Source: an uncultured Methanosarcinaceae archaeon (lineage in GTDB: Archaea; Halobacteriota; Methanosarcinia; Methanosarcinales; Methanosarcinaceae). Taken from it: a DNA stretch of 64,000 nucleotides. This document shows, one piece after another, positions 48,787 through 61,094 of this stretch; positions within the stretch are counted from its first letter, which is position 1; every line of letters begins with the position of its first letter. The stretch lies in assembly GCA_963833425.1 (NCBI GenBank), contig CAWHXP010000007.1, positions 160,001 through 224,000 on the forward strand, in the 5' to 3' direction. Made by a program: the position numbers and the translations under genes. The notes below the pieces were generated by a model. The model was not told the origin of the DNA. It did not search any database and worked only from the letters and a program-made list of their open reading frames with translations.

Positions 48787-49858
48787 GCAATTTCTCCATA
48801 ATAAACAGATAGTTATGGTGGCCTGTGACTCCTAAAGCCTGCAGACATTCCGCCAACAGACGGTAAGAAACACAAAAACATTATTTGATATATAAATTTT
48901 ATTAAATATCAATATATGTGGACTCTCTAACAGGATGATATACATAAGGATGAACAATTTTCTAGGGAATTTATTTGACAAGTTCGATAAATTTGGTCGG
49001 AAGTATAATAATTTCAAAGGATGATGATCATTTTAGTAGTCTTATTGATGACTAAAGTAATCTCGGAAATGAATGCGAACATACATATAATATTCAGATT
49101 ATGAAAACTACTATGTACTTAATAGTCTTCCCAATCTCCTCACGGTCTTGCCAAGATAGTTGCTGATTGCTGAAGGGCTTCATAGGTACATAGTTAATCC
49201 ACTTGCTGTACATGCTTCTATCAAGTTTCCTGCAAGTTCCCAGATATCTTATGCTTTTTCTAATACTGATATTCTCAGAAATGATCGTCGTTTTTATTGT
49301 ATTAAGGATTTAGCTAAACCTCTAAATTTAAAATATGCTTGCAAATGATATCTAGATGACTCCAGAAAAGCAGAGGTTTATAAAAATTATTTATTTATAT
49401 CAGTATGTACCACACAGCAGTGATAAGTGCATTTCCAATGAATTGAAAGATATTCCAGAAATGTGCAAATCACGATATATCAGAAATTTAATTGCTTTAA
49501 ATCCTCCCCCTCTGGACACAATTTTGCATTTATGCTAGGATAGAGCTCCAGTCAAAAAATTTAATTTTTAAATACGTGCATCTCGGAATCAAATTTCAAA
49601 CGATTCAAGATATTTCGATTTATACCAACTCCACTATACTAGATACCTTCCTGCAAACTAGTTCTGATATAACTTTGAATCCTCATGAGATCACAAAAAT
49701 AAGCTTAATCCACATGGCAATTATTACTTTTAAACATTGTCCTTGAATTTTGCCATAAAGAAACTCAATTTTCAATTATTCAAGTATCACCAGTATAATA
49801 GGCTTATATTTTTGATATTATTTTCTGATTTTGTTTCTCTACGAAGCTTATAGATTAG

Positions 49859-49948
49859 AGAGGATTTCAATAAACTTCTGATTTCATCAAAATATTTACT
49901 ATGCCATTATGAGCATAGGAAGAAATTTAGGCACATTCGAAATCCTCT
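49859..49948. mobile_element. IS5-derived MITE
   Basis: AGAGGATTTCAATA...TTCGAAATCCTCT inverted ends. Confidence 0.65.
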
Positions 49949-50281
49949 AAAATTTCACGATATATTTTTCCCATTAAGATTAAAGAATCAAACAAAATAT
50001 AATTACTATAAATTTACTAGTAACATTTTAAATTTATTAAATAGTAGACAATTTCGAACTTTTTCATAAGATTTATATTTCTAGAAGAATTATACAGTTT
50101 TATTACATCCTTTAATTTTCTTGCTAACTTATCTTCCAGGACATTAAATGTTCCTGCATTGTTCCAAATTTTCGGAAAAAATAAAGTTGAGTGTGTTTAA
50201 ATTACTTGGGTGGTAGATAATTTTTTACTGCCCCAAGCCTGATAAATCAACTACGAACAATTAACCTTGATGTCGGTATAG

Positions 50282-50923
50282 ATGGAAAAAAAGCTCAACC
50301 TTAAACTTCTGGAACTACTTGAGGGCAGACAGCTTTCAATTAGTGGGCTAACTAGAGAACTGAAAGTCGACGGCATAGATGAACATCGTCTAGTCCTAAC
50401 AGGCTACCTCAGGGCACTCAGGGATCTTAAAATTCTGGAGGAAATTAAAGTTCCGCCCTCCAAAATTTATTATTTACCTGAAAAAAACAATGAATCTTTA
50501 TCCCAAAAAGGTAAGGATATGAGGACTTCGGATTCTGAAGATGTTTATTCTATATTCAGAACTCAGCTCCTCAAAATTGACCTGGAACTCAGGATCCCAG
50601 TCGGAGTTTACGTAGTTTCCAGATTATTTGAAAGGCCATGCTTCCGTAAGGAGTTAAAACTTATAGGAATCACTCAAAAACATCTTGATCAGTACCTGGA
50701 AAAGCCCAGCTTAGTCTGTGCGGTTCCAGATGCTCGTCTCCGAAAGGCAAGAGCAGATATCACAAAAATTGAGATTCCCACAGGTAACCCAGCATACGAA
50801 ATCAGGGAGTACGGGGAGGAGGTAACAAGACTTGCAAATGAAGTATTTGTAGGGCTGATAAAACATATTATTAACTTTGAGGGTCTGCTAGCAAAGAGTA
50901 AACAAACCACATTGACTCCTTAA
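50282..50923 (+). CDS. Hypothetical protein with N-terminal winged-helix-like region
   Basis: 213-aa ORF, LSISGLTREL..HRLVLTGYLRAL..PPSKIY. Confidence 0.8.
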   Translation: MEKKLNLKLLELLEGRQLSISGLTRELKVDGIDEHRLVLTGYLRALRDLKILEEIKVPPSKIYYLPEKNNESLSQKGKDMRTSDSEDVYSIFRTQLLKIDLELRIPVGVYVVSRLFERPCFRKELKLIGITQKHLDQYLEKPSLVCAVPDARLRKARADITKIEIPTGNPAYEIREYGEEVTRLANEVFVGLIKHIINFEGLLAKSKQTTLTP

Positions 50924-51149
50924 AAAATATTTATGTGATTATATTCTGAAAGTTGATGCTGATCAGACTCAAAAATGAAACTGAAAGTTAAAATATAGGA
51001 TTGTATGTACCCAGAGGGAAGTACATAGATACAAAAATAGAAAATAGGCTATACAGAACTCCTTAATTCAATGCAAATAATTTATGCTATCTTTTTATTT
51101 AAATTATAGATTATCATTTTAAGTTTTACTTCTTTTACTTAATTATGGA

Positions 51150-51403
51150 ACTTTCTCGTCAACTTCAGCGACATCATTCAACCACTGGAGACACTTCAGA
51201 GCCCTATCAGCATTATATTGTTCGATATGCTTATGGAACTGAAAATACTCTCAAGATGTTGAATTTTTCCTTTCTTCATCCAATCGTTAAGGTTTGATAT
51301 GTTATTCCGGAGGATGCTGCTACAAGAGAGTGTGGAAGTCCCAATGAAACATTATTACCAATTAGCTGGGTGTATCAGGAGTTAATTTAGAAGGTCTCGC
51401 TAT
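51150..51403 (-). pseudogene. Second degraded copy of the terminase-small-subunit-like HTH gene
   Basis: Colinear with ~1850-2086 (TTATTACCAATTAGCTG, ATCAGGAGTTAATTTAGAAGG); start reads ATA. Confidence 0.6.
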
Positions 51404-51846
51404 TATAAGAACACGTTTCATTTCTTTCTAACACACCTTGCATAACATTAAAACAGTACAGTTTACTATTCCATCGCATTTACATTTCACTAGTTGATAC
51501 CATAATTATCTGAATATTTTTTTATAGTATTCCATATAAAAATCTCTTCTGTATTTCATTTTATCGAATAATAGTTTAAATCACGTGTTTAAAGTTTTAT
51601 ATTGCATAGGCAGTTAAAGGGGCATTTCTATAAACTCTTATTTTTATAAATTAGTTATATATGATTTACAGCACCGGGCGAAATTTAGGTAGATCAGAAT
51701 CCTTTAAAATATAAATCAGTTAGTTAATAAAATTTTCTGAGGAAGTTTCCACCCCCGTTGCTAGCGGCCGAGTACTGACTTGAATAACCCATAATTGTTT
51801 CACTTTTAAACATCTATAAATCAGGGCAGAAATATAAAGTTAAAAT

Positions 51847-52182
51847 ATGCCCAGAGAATTTACAACAAAAGATATTGAGATTTTTAACAAGCTTGCCCCA
51901 GAAGCCGGGAATAAACTCATTTCCAAAGAAGCAGGACATCAATTCCCTTTCATCCTGCGCCCAATTTCGCACAAATTTGCCAAGTCTCCTGAAGATTTCA
52001 GAGAAAGGTTGATGAGACTTAGCCCTGAAGAACTCGATTATTTAGTAGGACTTGTACTAGAAGGAAAGGAGGACGTCCGATCGATGATGGATGAAGACCT
52101 TGAAGAGTTGGTTGCAGTAATTTTTGAAAAACTATCTTCTGAAAGAGCAAACCAGTTAAAAGACTTTGTAGAAACTCACTGA
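51847..52182 (+). CDS. Conserved hypothetical protein
   Basis: Clean 111-aa ORF directly upstream of the endonuclease IV gene. Confidence 0.8.
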   Translation: MPREFTTKDIEIFNKLAPEAGNKLISKEAGHQFPFILRPISHKFAKSPEDFRERLMRLSPEELDYLVGLVLEGKEDVRSMMDEDLEELVAVIFEKLSSERANQLKDFVETH

Positions 52183-52195
52183 AAAGGATAATAGA

Positions 52196-53027
52196 ATGAC
52201 CTCGAAAAAACTGCTTTTCGGAACTGCTGGAGTTCCGGAAAGTACAAAAGGAAAAAATAGTGTATCAGGAATCGAAAGAGTCCATGAACTAGGCCTTGAC
52301 TGCATGGAACTGGAGTTCGTCCAGGGAGTTCGCATGAGTGAAAAAGGAGCAAGAAATGTAATGGAAGCAGGAAATAAACAAAATATAGGCCTTAGTGCCC
52401 ATGCACCTTATTATATCAATCTGAATTCTCCTGAAGAAGAAAAGCTCAAGGCAAGTATGGAGAGGATTTACCAGGCCGCCAGGATAGGTAGCCTCTGCGG
52501 GGCTGAGTCCATTGTTTTACATGCAGCTTTTTATCAGAAAAACAGCAAGCAAGGCACCTACAATATGGTATCAAAAGCTCTGCAAAAACTTACAGAAAAA
52601 CTCCTTAATGAAGAAATTTTTGCAGTCCTGCGCCCTGAAACCATGGGCAAACGTACTCAATTTGGAACTCTTGAGGAGGTGCTTTCCCTGAGTTCAGAAA
52701 TTGAAGGGGTAATGCCCTGCATAGACTTTTCTCATATGCATGCAAGGGAAGGAAAAGCAAAATTCCTACTATGAGTTTATCACAATACTATCGAAAGTAG
52801 AAGAAATCCTTGGAAAAGAAGGACTTTTAAACATGCATATGCACATTTCGGGGATAGAATACGACAGTAATGGGGAAAAGAAACATCTGACTTTGAAAGA
52901 ATCTGACTTTAATTACTCAGAACTTTTAGCGGCTCTTAAAGAATTCAAAATTACAGGAATGGCAATATGTGAAAGTCCAAATCTAGAAGAAGATGGGCTT
53001 CTGCTAAGAAATATTTACTACAAGTAA
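52196..53027 (+). pseudogene. nfo: Endonuclease IV / AP endonuclease 2, one frameshift near 52758
   Basis: FGTAG, SAHAPYYINL, PETMGK..QFG, CIDFSHMHAR, then HMHISGIEY..GEKKH and CESP in a second frame. Confidence 0.88.
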
Positions 53028-53180
53028 CATTTCTTAAATCTTTTTTTGAATTTTCGGCGATTCCAGAAGATATTAAAAAGTCTCTAAAAATAATACAACT
53101 ATGAAAATGTGATTTGAGATTATATAACTAGAGATTTATTTGAAAATATGTTGAATTATTAGTTATCAGACACTAAAAAT

Positions 53181-54042
53181 GGTTCTGTTGCATAAAATCA
53201 TAATATAAGCAAAAATTTAGTTTCACAGCAAAGAACATAAAAAAGCAGAATATTTCTCGGATAACATCTAGATTTAGGCAGCTGTTCCGAATAACTTGTC
53301 TATAAAATTGACTTCAGCAAAAACAAATAAATTTAAATTGTCAACCTGTCCTTTTCTTATCATGTGCATGATTTCAATCCTTTTAAAGTCTTACTGGCCG
53401 TATAAAAAGACTGAAAACCTAACAATGGACTAACTATCTATTATATAGACCTATGATCCTGTTCAACAATATTATTCAAATACTTGATTTGTCGAAGGCT
53501 TAAATTTTCAGGTAACATTTTTTCATCTTTCAGTTCATATATAGCAGGTGGATAAGCTAGATTTTTATCAACAGTCATTACCTTTGGAATTTGATTATGA
53601 TTAGAACTCAAAGCTTTCTTAAAGAAACTTTTTGCAGCCGTTCTATCACGTTTTGCACTTAGCATAAAATCAACTGTATTTCCAGTTGAATCAACTGCAC
53701 GATACAGATATTTCCATTCACCTTTTACCTTTATGTAGCTTTCGTCCACTCTCCAAGAGTCATTGGTCGGTTTTAAATATTTACGTATCTTTTTTTCAAT
53801 CTCAGGAGAATACTGATGCATCCTTCTCATTATAGTAGTGTGATCAACTTTTATTCCTCTTTCTGCCATCATTTCCTTCAAATTTCTATAACTAACTGGA
53901 TATTTTAGATACCAACTTACGTTTAATAGGATAATTTCTCCTTCGTAATGTTTCCACTTAAAGGCACTAGATAGCAGATTATCATTCTCTTGATTTCTTC
54001 CTTATTTATTGCACATTTCTGATGAATCTTTGCAACAGAACA
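53181..54042 (-). mobile_element. IS6-family element with defective transposase
   Basis: IRs GGTTCTGTTGCA (53181) / TGCAACAGAAC (54031-54041); FKWKHY, WRVDESYIKVKG, YLYRAVD, YLNNIVEQDHR then premature TAA. Confidence 0.92.
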
Positions 54043-54423
54043 ATTTTTGCCATTTTCCTCACCAGGGTAGACCGTTACAAACGCCATTATCTAATAATGA
54101 CACTACTGTTTTCTACGGAACTTGGGGGTATTCGCCGTTAATAAAATCATGGAATATAGGAGCTGTTAGCTACCCATTTTCTACAAGTTAATCGAGAAAT
54201 TCTAGTAGACCATTATAGTTTACTTTTTTATGTAAATACCACAATATAGAAGAGATTTGGTTTTGTATTAGCTTCCTCATGAAATTTCCTCAAATCTTAG
54301 ACTTGATTATACAAATCTACTTCACAAATAAATGCAGAAATTATCCTCAATGCCATATCAGCAGAGTATTATATAATATTCTGCAAAGGTTTTTGGCACA
54401 AAATCTGTGCATCTTACATCACT

Positions 54424-54537
54424 AGGAATTATGCACTTGGTGCACAAAATCAAATACAATAAGCTGTGAGTCTAACTCATTTTTAAGGAACTATCAATTT
54501 AATGCAGTTGATTTTTCAGTTCAACTGCTTAAGCCCT
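54424..54537. mobile_element. MITE-like element with AGGAATTATGCA...TGCTTAAGCCCT ends
   Basis: Imperfect inverted ends related to 11192-11324. Confidence 0.55.
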
Positions 54538-54539
54538 AA

Positions 54540-56790
54540 TTAATTGATGATTGTTTTTTTCTTTTACTGTGAACTTCATAGCGAATTCAGTCCCATTGTT
54601 CCTTTTAAGTTAAGTTCACCATCTTACTGATTTATAAGGGAAGTTATCAGCTGGAATCCCAGACTTTCATTACCATCAATCTCAATTTTTTTGAGGTATA
54701 CCTACTCCATCATCTAAAATTGTCAGAATAAAACTAGTGCATTATAATTTTCAATTTTATTTTCTTCTTTGCGATTTGTACACTCACCCATTTTTTGACG
54801 GCATAATTTGATTTTAATTTCTCCTTTATCTATGCCTAGAAATGCATACTTAAGGGAGTTCAAAACTACTTCATTAACAATCATTCCTAAAGGGATTGCA
54901 GTATCCATATCAAAGAGAAGGTTATCTTCCATATCCATGTTTAAGCTTATAGTGGTATTTACCAGCTCATAAGTCTGGAAAAAATTTTGAGTCGGCTTCT
55001 CTAGGTATGGTGAAAAATCTAGACCTTCGAGCTATCCACCTTTGTATAATTCTTCATGGATAAAGGGTTATAGATATTATTCGATCTGACTTTCCCTAAA
55101 AGCACCTATAACTTCTGAACTCGTCAATTCAATTTTGCTCCTGAATTTATCAGCTTGAAGTTCCAGAAGTGAAGATATTACCTGTAAGTTATTCTTAATC
55201 TGTGAGGAATTTCCTTTTTACGAGCAATCAGATATTTGCAAGTAATTCTTCTATCTTTTTGCGCTCACTAGAATATTGGATAGAACGTTTCAATAATCTA
55301 CCATCTATTTGTCCATTGACTAAATAGTCCTGAGCACTTTTCTTTATAGCATCAATCCCAATTTTTTCATTATTTGACGCAGTAAATATTATAATCGAAA
55401 TTCGTGAATTCCTTGCATAAACATCAAGAAAAGTGTCAATGCCATCACTATCTGGCAAACCTAAGAGGATTTCGGTAAACTTCGGATTTTATTTCTTAGC
55501 AGGAATTTCTCATATCTTCCCCTCAATTTCTCTATTTAATTCCTCTTTTTGGCTTTACTTATTCTCAATTCTTTGATTTTAAAGATAGCTTCAGCTATCT
55601 TCAATATACTTTTTTTATTTTCAATGTCCTCAATTGATGGAGATTATAACAAAAAGCCGTACACAACATTTTTAGATTTACTATTTTAACAGTAGTAACA
55701 AAAACTCTTCCTGCTTTGAAAATTTCTTTTGTTACTGAATATACTCTTTCTCCTGGACTCTTTTTGAGCTAATTCTCTTATTTCTTAATATATCCTTTAT
55801 TCCCAGCGTATGTCCTTTTACTGCTCTTTTCATTGTTGCATTATACCCTTTCGTTTTTGCTCCAAAGTATCCTCTGTCCCTATAAACCACTTCATTTTCC
55901 TCTGTCAAATCTACATACGAATCATGTACTTACGCAGTTGTTGTTTTGAATCTTCTGATCAGCTCATAATCTCTGTCTATTATATTATGAAGCTTATATC
56001 CAAAGTGAGACTTACCTCCCTTCTTTGTCCATGTTCAGTCTCTGCTTCTTCTTGTTTTTGCCTCATCTCTCTCCTTTTGCATGTCCTGGATCTGAATGGA
56101 TAAAAGTAGCATCCTGAATCATTCCCTGCTTTATCTGTAAACCCAGAGTATCAAGTTGGCTTTGCAACTTTCCCCATATTTTCTTTGAAATTCTCGATAA
56201 TTCTCTCCCTAAATAGCCATACAGTAGTACTGTCAGATATGTATTCCGGAAATCCAAGGAATTTCCTAAAAGAAATTCGATCTATACAATGTTTCTCAAG
56301 TTCAAAATCAGAGAGCCCATGCCATTGTTGTAAAACAAGCATTTTAAATATCACAATGACATCAGTTTCAGGTCTCCCTCCTGAAACGGTTTTGTTAATA
56401 TACATAAGCTCAAGAATAATACGAAAAGTTTTCCAATCAATTAAGGAATCAATTTCAGCAAGCTTATCTCCAACAAATTCAAGATGTTTATACTCTTCTT
56501 TAAGAGCAAAATCAGTCAGACTTTTCATGAATATACATAAATATTTACAAATTCAAAGCCAACCTCGCTCAAGAGCAGGAAGTTATTCGAAATTATCCTA
56601 AGTTTGTCAATATTAAGTCAAATTGACATTCTTTAAGAAGAGTCAAACCTTAGTTAAGTGTTTTAACGTTTATAAGTTCATATGAGAAGTCGGCGAATTC
56701 TTCTAGCATCTCTTCGATCAGACTCGCATATCAAGAATTGTACTCAAAGAGCAAGATTTCAACCTTTTCATCCATAATTTAATCACATCT
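54540..56790 (-). pseudogene. REC + HisKA_2-type histidine kinase, degraded and interrupted by IS5
   Basis: FDLILTNLG|LPDSDGIDTF REC, IKNNLQVISSLLELQA, DTAIPLGMIVNEVVLNSLKYAF. Confidence 0.8.
55465..56597 (-). mobile_element. IS5-family element with frameshifted transposase and CTAA target duplication
   Basis: MKSLTDFALKEEY..GGRPE..FKMLVLQQWHGLSD..DRISFRKFLG, IQDATFIHSDPG; CTAA at 55461-55464 and 56598-56601. Confidence 0.9.
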
Positions 56791-56939
56791 TATCGGAGTC
56801 ACATTAATTTAATTTGATAGTAACTTCACAAATTCAAGCTAGAAAAATTATGTACTCATTTTGTAACTTAGTTTACTCATTTTGTAACTTCGTTAATGAT
56901 AAACCCTGATATAAATTTGAATTATATTTATTATGTATT

Positions 56940-57720
56940 TACTTTTAGCTTTTGAACTTCTGTGGGATTTAATGGTAAAGTAAGATAAAAAGTCAAACCT
57001 CTACTTAATTCAGATTCTACCCGTATACATCTCCCATGTATCCCTACAATTATTTTAAAATTGCAAGCACCATTCCGTCCCAAAATATTCCTCCCTTTTA
57101 TGAATCTTTTTAAAATTTAAAGATTCTTTCAGAATATTGCGAGTTAATTCCAATTCCGCTATCCTGAACTGAAAAATACTCATTCAATCGCTTTCTTCTT
57201 GCAGACAAATGGATTTTGGAAGCCTTTTCATTGTGGAATTTTATTTCGTTGAGTATCAGATTTGAAGTACCTTCACCAGCTGGGTTGAATCAGCCATTAC
57301 TTCAGGTAAAGGATCATTAGAAACTGTAGCTTTATTGTCTTTTATCATAAATTTGAAATTGGATAGTGCCTGATTCAAAATAAATTCACAATTCGTAGTT
57401 TCAGGTTCCCTAGCACCTCTAGTCACTAAGGAGAATTCTAAAAGATTATTTATCAGACTTTGCACACATACAGTCAATCAACAGCAAAGTGAATGTACTT
57501 ATCAGCCTTATCATCGAGATCGCCATGGTATCTTCTTTGCAAAAGCTGCAAATAACTTGAAATCATCCTTAAGGGTTCTTGTGAGTCGCGAGATAAAACA
57601 AAACAAATTGTTCTAATTCTTCATTTGAGCTAGTAAGTTCTTCTATTTTCAACTTCAACATTTTTTCTGCTTTCTAATGTCACAGGCATAAAAATTAACG
57701 TAGCCAGATTCCAAATGATG
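56940..57720 (-). pseudogene. Sensor histidine kinase (PAS remnant, HisKA, HATPase), degraded
   Basis: GYVNFYACDI, SSNEELEQF, QEPLRMISSYLQLLQRRY, DPLPEVMADSTQL, FSVQDSGIGI. Confidence 0.8.
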
Positions 57721-58365
57721 TGACTTTCAAGTCGCAAGTACTTGATATGATTCGCAGAACTCACAAGGCTTTGTGAATCCAAATCGAAATTGGGGTCTTA
57801 CCCAAGTGCGAACAACTGAGTATGTTTGTACCATCACGCCAATGATAAAGGAATTGTTGAAAATCAAATATTTTCATTTGCTTATATGCTCCTTTTTCTC
57901 CCTGGTTTCAATGATCTCCAACTGATTTTAACGGTATCGAGAGTCACACTATCACTAACAGTTCTAATATAACCTCCCTTACCCCATAAGTTACAACATA
58001 ACTATTTTTAATCGCATTGCATCTCTTAATGATTTTTCTTTCTGTTATGCCTTTTATAATCTTAATCATTCTTCAAGAAAAATTATGGTTAATAAGCAAT
58101 GAAAAAATGTGCATTGCCATATCAGTACAAATTGCATCAAATTCAAAACACTACGGTCTACTAATTTTCGAAATATGTACATTTTAAAGTTGATTATGTT
58201 ACTGACTTGAATAAACTTTTTCAGAGACTTCACAGTAAAAAATATTGAAAAATCATCTATGGACAAAATGATTTGTACGTCGTAGTTCTATTTATAGTAC
58301 TAATGTAGATTAAAGTATAAATCTATTAGTTAATAACCGCCTTTTTGTAGATGCACACATTTGAT

Positions 58366-58455
58366 AGAAATTTTATTAGACACCTAAATTTTGTCATATG
58401 ACCATAAATGAGTTATAAGCAAACCGTGAAAATAAGGAATTTGCTAAAATCCTCT
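58366..58455. mobile_element. IS5-derived MITE (degenerate)
   Basis: Ends in AAATCCTCT; internal AAATTTTGTCAT and CGTGAAAA shared with the other copies. Confidence 0.55.
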
Positions 58456-58684
58456 AATGATTGCAGATTTTTAATTCACTGCCCTTCAAATTGATACTAT
58501 AGGATCTCGATAAGCCCCTGATTTCCATGAGTCGTTTGATAAAAAGTAGAGATTCATCGAAATTCTCATGAGTAAAATTAACAGTATCAAGGCAACAGCC
58601 AACTAGTCAGAAGTTATAAAAGCAGAAACTGGATCTGTGGACAGAGGACCATTATTAAATATAAGGGTTATATTTAATACAAAG

Positions 58685-59596
58685 ATGATAGACGAAACAC
58701 GAAGGATTTTTAAGGAGCTTGATTCAAAGAATTTAAGAATTCTATCTGGTATCGAAATAGGAATGAAGCATTTTGAATGGGTGCCAATAGAAGAACTAAA
58801 TAAATACACTAAGTTGCCCTTTGATAAGTTGGAATATAGGCTGAAAAAGCTTGTTCAGAACAAGCTTGTTATCAGGAACACTAAATCTTATGAAGGTTTT
58901 CAGCTTTACTTCGAAGGATATGATACTCTTGCCATCAATGCCTTTGTCAAGAGGAAGAGTATCAGTGATATAGGAAGTGAAATCGGGGTAGGAAAGGATT
59001 CAATAATTTTTGAAGCTATCAGGCAGCCGGAACTTGCAATTGGAAAATCCACTTCAGTCATAATTAAATTTTACAGGGGAGGCAAAAGCAGTTCCAATCA
59101 ACTAAAGAGATTGAGTGAGCACATGGGCAAAGGAGAAAACTTTTCACGGATTTACGCCTCCCGCCTCGCTGCCCACCGGGAGTATGAGATCATGAGCAAT
59201 TTATACCCAAAAGTCTCAATCCCAAAGCCTTTTGATCAGAATAGGCATGTGATAGTCATGGATCTTGCAAAAGGTAGCCTCCTTTCAAAAACAAAACTTC
59301 TTGATCCGGAATGGCATCTCAATGAGATTCTCAAACAGGTAAAAATCACCTATTCAATGGGAATCATCCATGCCGATTTAAGTGAGTTTAACATATTTGT
59401 TTCCGAAGAGGGGGTCCAGATCATTGATTGGCCACAGTATATCACTCAGGAACACCCTCAAGCTGGTGAAATCCTCGAAAGGGACATTTCGAATATACTG
59501 ATCCATTTCTTCCGGAAGTATGGAATTAAAAGAGAACTTAAAGAACAAATCAATAAAATTAAGATTGAAGCAAATAAAGGAGGATCTTTGCCTTAG
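58685..59596 (+). CDS. rio2: RIO2-type serine/threonine kinase
   Basis: N-terminal wHTH (GMKHFEWVP), GVGKDS, IIHADLSEFNI, IIDWPQ; likely start ATG 58685. Confidence 0.92.
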   Translation: MIDETRRIFKELDSKNLRILSGIEIGMKHFEWVPIEELNKYTKLPFDKLEYRLKKLVQNKLVIRNTKSYEGFQLYFEGYDTLAINAFVKRKSISDIGSEIGVGKDSIIFEAIRQPELAIGKSTSVIIKFYRGGKSSSNQLKRLSEHMGKGENFSRIYASRLAAHREYEIMSNLYPKVSIPKPFDQNRHVIVMDLAKGSLLSKTKLLDPEWHLNEILKQVKITYSMGIIHADLSEFNIFVSEEGVQIIDWPQYITQEHPQAGEILERDISNILIHFFRKYGIKRELKEQINKIKIEANKGGSLP

Positions 59597-59804
59597 TAGT
59601 TAATCGAAGTAATTATTTCACCAACTGTCTCAGATACTCAGTAAATCTTCAATCCATTATTATCGATTTTACGGAAAAGTAATGTTGCTATTAGTTTTTT
59701 TTCTTTCGCAGTATTCGTATCAATTAGAGTTGATAGGTAAATATAAAATACCCTTTTGAAATTATCCTTAAACGCACAAAATCTGCTTGTTTTTGTATAT
59801 TATA

Positions 59805-59858
59805 ATTATAACAATAATAATAATAAGAATAATAATAATAACAATAATAATAAATAAT
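59805..59858. repeat. Imperfect (AAT/AAC)n microsatellite
   Basis: ATAACAATAATAATAATAAGAATAATAATAATAACAATAATAATAA. Confidence 0.85.
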
Positions 59859-60102
59859 CATCCATCTATACAATATCTTTTGATCGTATCTCCAGAGCTA
59901 AACTAAGCTGATTTATTTCGTTCAGTCACGTATGATGCTGATTATATTAATCGCTCCTTTTGAGACCTAAAAATGTGTTCTAAATAATACCAAGCATCTT
60001 AATCCCATTTTTTTTGTAACCGTCTCAATTTTACTCAGATGTACACAAGAGTTCCAAATATTTTTTCTAATATGACAGTAGCTTAAAAAGTAATCTAATT
60101 CT

Positions 60103-61094
60103 AGCTCCGTAGAAATTTTTAATTTGATGCAAATTATTTCTATAACTTTTTTGTTTATGTTGCATAATATTAATTTAATTTTAATCTCCTTTACTTTATA
60201 ACAGAATTTTCTTGTCCTAAGTGTTTCTCCTAATTTTATTTTAACTACAGAAAATATTGTTTCCACAATATTTCTCTGATTATATTTAATTCTGTCAAAA
60301 ACTAGGTTCAACTGTTTTCTATATTTCTCCGTATTTTTTTCCTTTTTCTCTCTCTTACAGGTATAATTGTATCTGCTTTGATTTTCTTCTCTAATTATTT
60401 AATGTATTTTCTCTGAATCGTATCCTATCGATTACATAACAATCAAACTTTCTCATCTTATTTGATTGACTTATCAGAACATTTGCATGTTTGATTTCAT
60501 GGTCTGTTTTTTGACTAATTTTCCATCCCAATATTACCTTTTTACTTGTGTCTACTAATATTGAAGTTCTCAGGAAGCTCCCTCGATCTTCCCAGTTCTT
60601 CTGTTATAAGAATAACTTAAATATAAACTCGTAAATCCTGTTGTATCAATTGCTGCAATAGAAACAGTTTCTTTATATGAGTAAAACAGCTTTAGAATCC
60701 TTGACAGAAGAAAGTTAAATAGAGAAGATGAAATCCTGGTTACATACTTTTGAAGGGGAGTGAAATGTGGAATCTTATCAAGAGCAAGTTTTTTTATATC
60801 GCTCATAAGGTCAATAAGTTCTACAAAATCTCGATAGGCTGTACTAATATACTCTTTCAATAAAACCAGCGCAAGAAGTTGATGCTGGATAAATGTGTTT
60901 TGAATACTTGCAGGTAAAGCTTCAGTCTCGAAGACTGAGCAATTTCAAGGCTGGTATCTACAAATTTAATGTACTTATTAAGTTTTAATATTGAATGTTC
61001 CTTCGTTTTTAGCTGAAAAATAAGAAAAGTATTCTAACTGAACAATTATAATAATGTAGTGTAAAAGTTAGATTTAGAGCATTTCTACAGAGCC
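60103..61094 (-). mobile_element. Degraded DDE (IS5/IS4-like) insertion sequence
   Basis: IRs AGCTCCGTAGAAAT / ATTTCTACAGAGCC; IPHFT.LQK, AIDTTGF and YNQRNIVETIFSVVK motifs in broken frames. Confidence 0.85.

Noticed and set aside
49100..49740. Possible decayed gene between dhs and the 50282 ORF
   Set aside because: Coding-like patches are present but no family could be recognised by eye.
51660..51790. tRNA or other RNA gene in short GC-rich patches
   Set aside because: No cloverleaf or T-loop consensus; only a weak 5-bp hairpin.
57680..57750. HEARO/IscB omegaRNA suggested by CTACGTT next to a hairpin
   Set aside because: CTACGTT lies within the kinase coding remnant (GYVNFY), and no iscB is nearby.
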